A DNA stretch of 64,000 nt from Acidimicrobiia bacterium (GTDB lineage Bacteria > Actinomycetota > Acidimicrobiia > Spongiisociales > ZC4RG35), in contig OZ244034.1 of the NCBI GenBank assembly GCA_965215185.1, positions 1,056,001 to 1,120,000 on the forward strand, in the 5' to 3' direction. The notes under the pieces are model-generated. The model saw only the letters and a program-made list of their open reading frames with translations. It searched no databases and was not told the DNA's origin. The position numbers and the translations under genes are program-made. Of this stretch, positions 63,699-64,000 are shown piece by piece; position 1 is the first letter of the stretch, and every line of letters starts with the position of its first letter.

Positions 63699-64000
63699 AC
63701 AAACCTCTGGGGAGCCAGTACCGCCGGATTGAGACCAAGGTCGACCAGCCGAGGTGAGACCTTGGAATCCAGAATCAAGGAGGCGGTCAGTTCACCCGCG
63801 CCGGGGGCGGTCTGAATCCCCGTGCCTCCCTGGCCCACCAGCCAGAAGAACCCTTCCGCCCGGGGATCGAAGCCGATCACCATCTCCCGATCGGGAGCGA
63901 AGGTGCGCAGTCCCGTCCACGAGGAACGGACCGAGCGAATCCCCAGGGTGGTGGCCTGGTTGATCCGTTCAATGGCCAAGGCGATATCGAGCGGTTCGGG
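63695..64000 (-). CDS. FAD-dependent oxidoreductase (DAO family), partial at the window edge
   Basis: WTGLRTFAPDR..VIG, GQGGTGIQTAP. Confidence 0.85.
   Translation of the reverse strand, partial: PEPLDIALAIERINQATTLGIRSVRSSWTGLRTFAPDREMVIGFDPRAEGFFWLVGQGGTGIQTAPGAGELTASLILDSKVSPRLVDLGLNPAVLAPQRFV

Overview
High-GC window that looks actinobacterial, probably Acidimicrobiia-like (inferred from clpC, disA-carD-ispF-cysS-rlmB and the TrpR-like regulator heading the his genes). Roughly 1-31.5 kb and 56-64 kb are mostly housekeeping. They include a partner-switching/two-component cluster, a nucleoside-type ABC transporter, a P450, tRNA-Thr, a UGA-interrupted peroxiredoxin-like gene that looks like a selenoprotein, and the his operon. 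About 31.6-55.9 kb is a mobile island abutting the 5' end of tRNA-Arg(CCT). It resolves into tandem copies of an element I do not recognise. The element encodes a large DDE (YREK) transposase coupled to a tyrosine-recombinase-fold protein that lacks catalytic residues. Its ends are GGCG...CGCC, and its copies are separated by (A)CAAG, which corresponds to tRNA nucleotides 4-8. Its left end rebuilds the first 3 nt of the tRNA and carries a conserved outward-facing -10 box. Inside the island is a nested IS3/IS110/IS110 stack, where three IS110 leader RNAs carry different guide segments that match their own insertion sites. All calls come from reading motifs by eye; no database searches were run.
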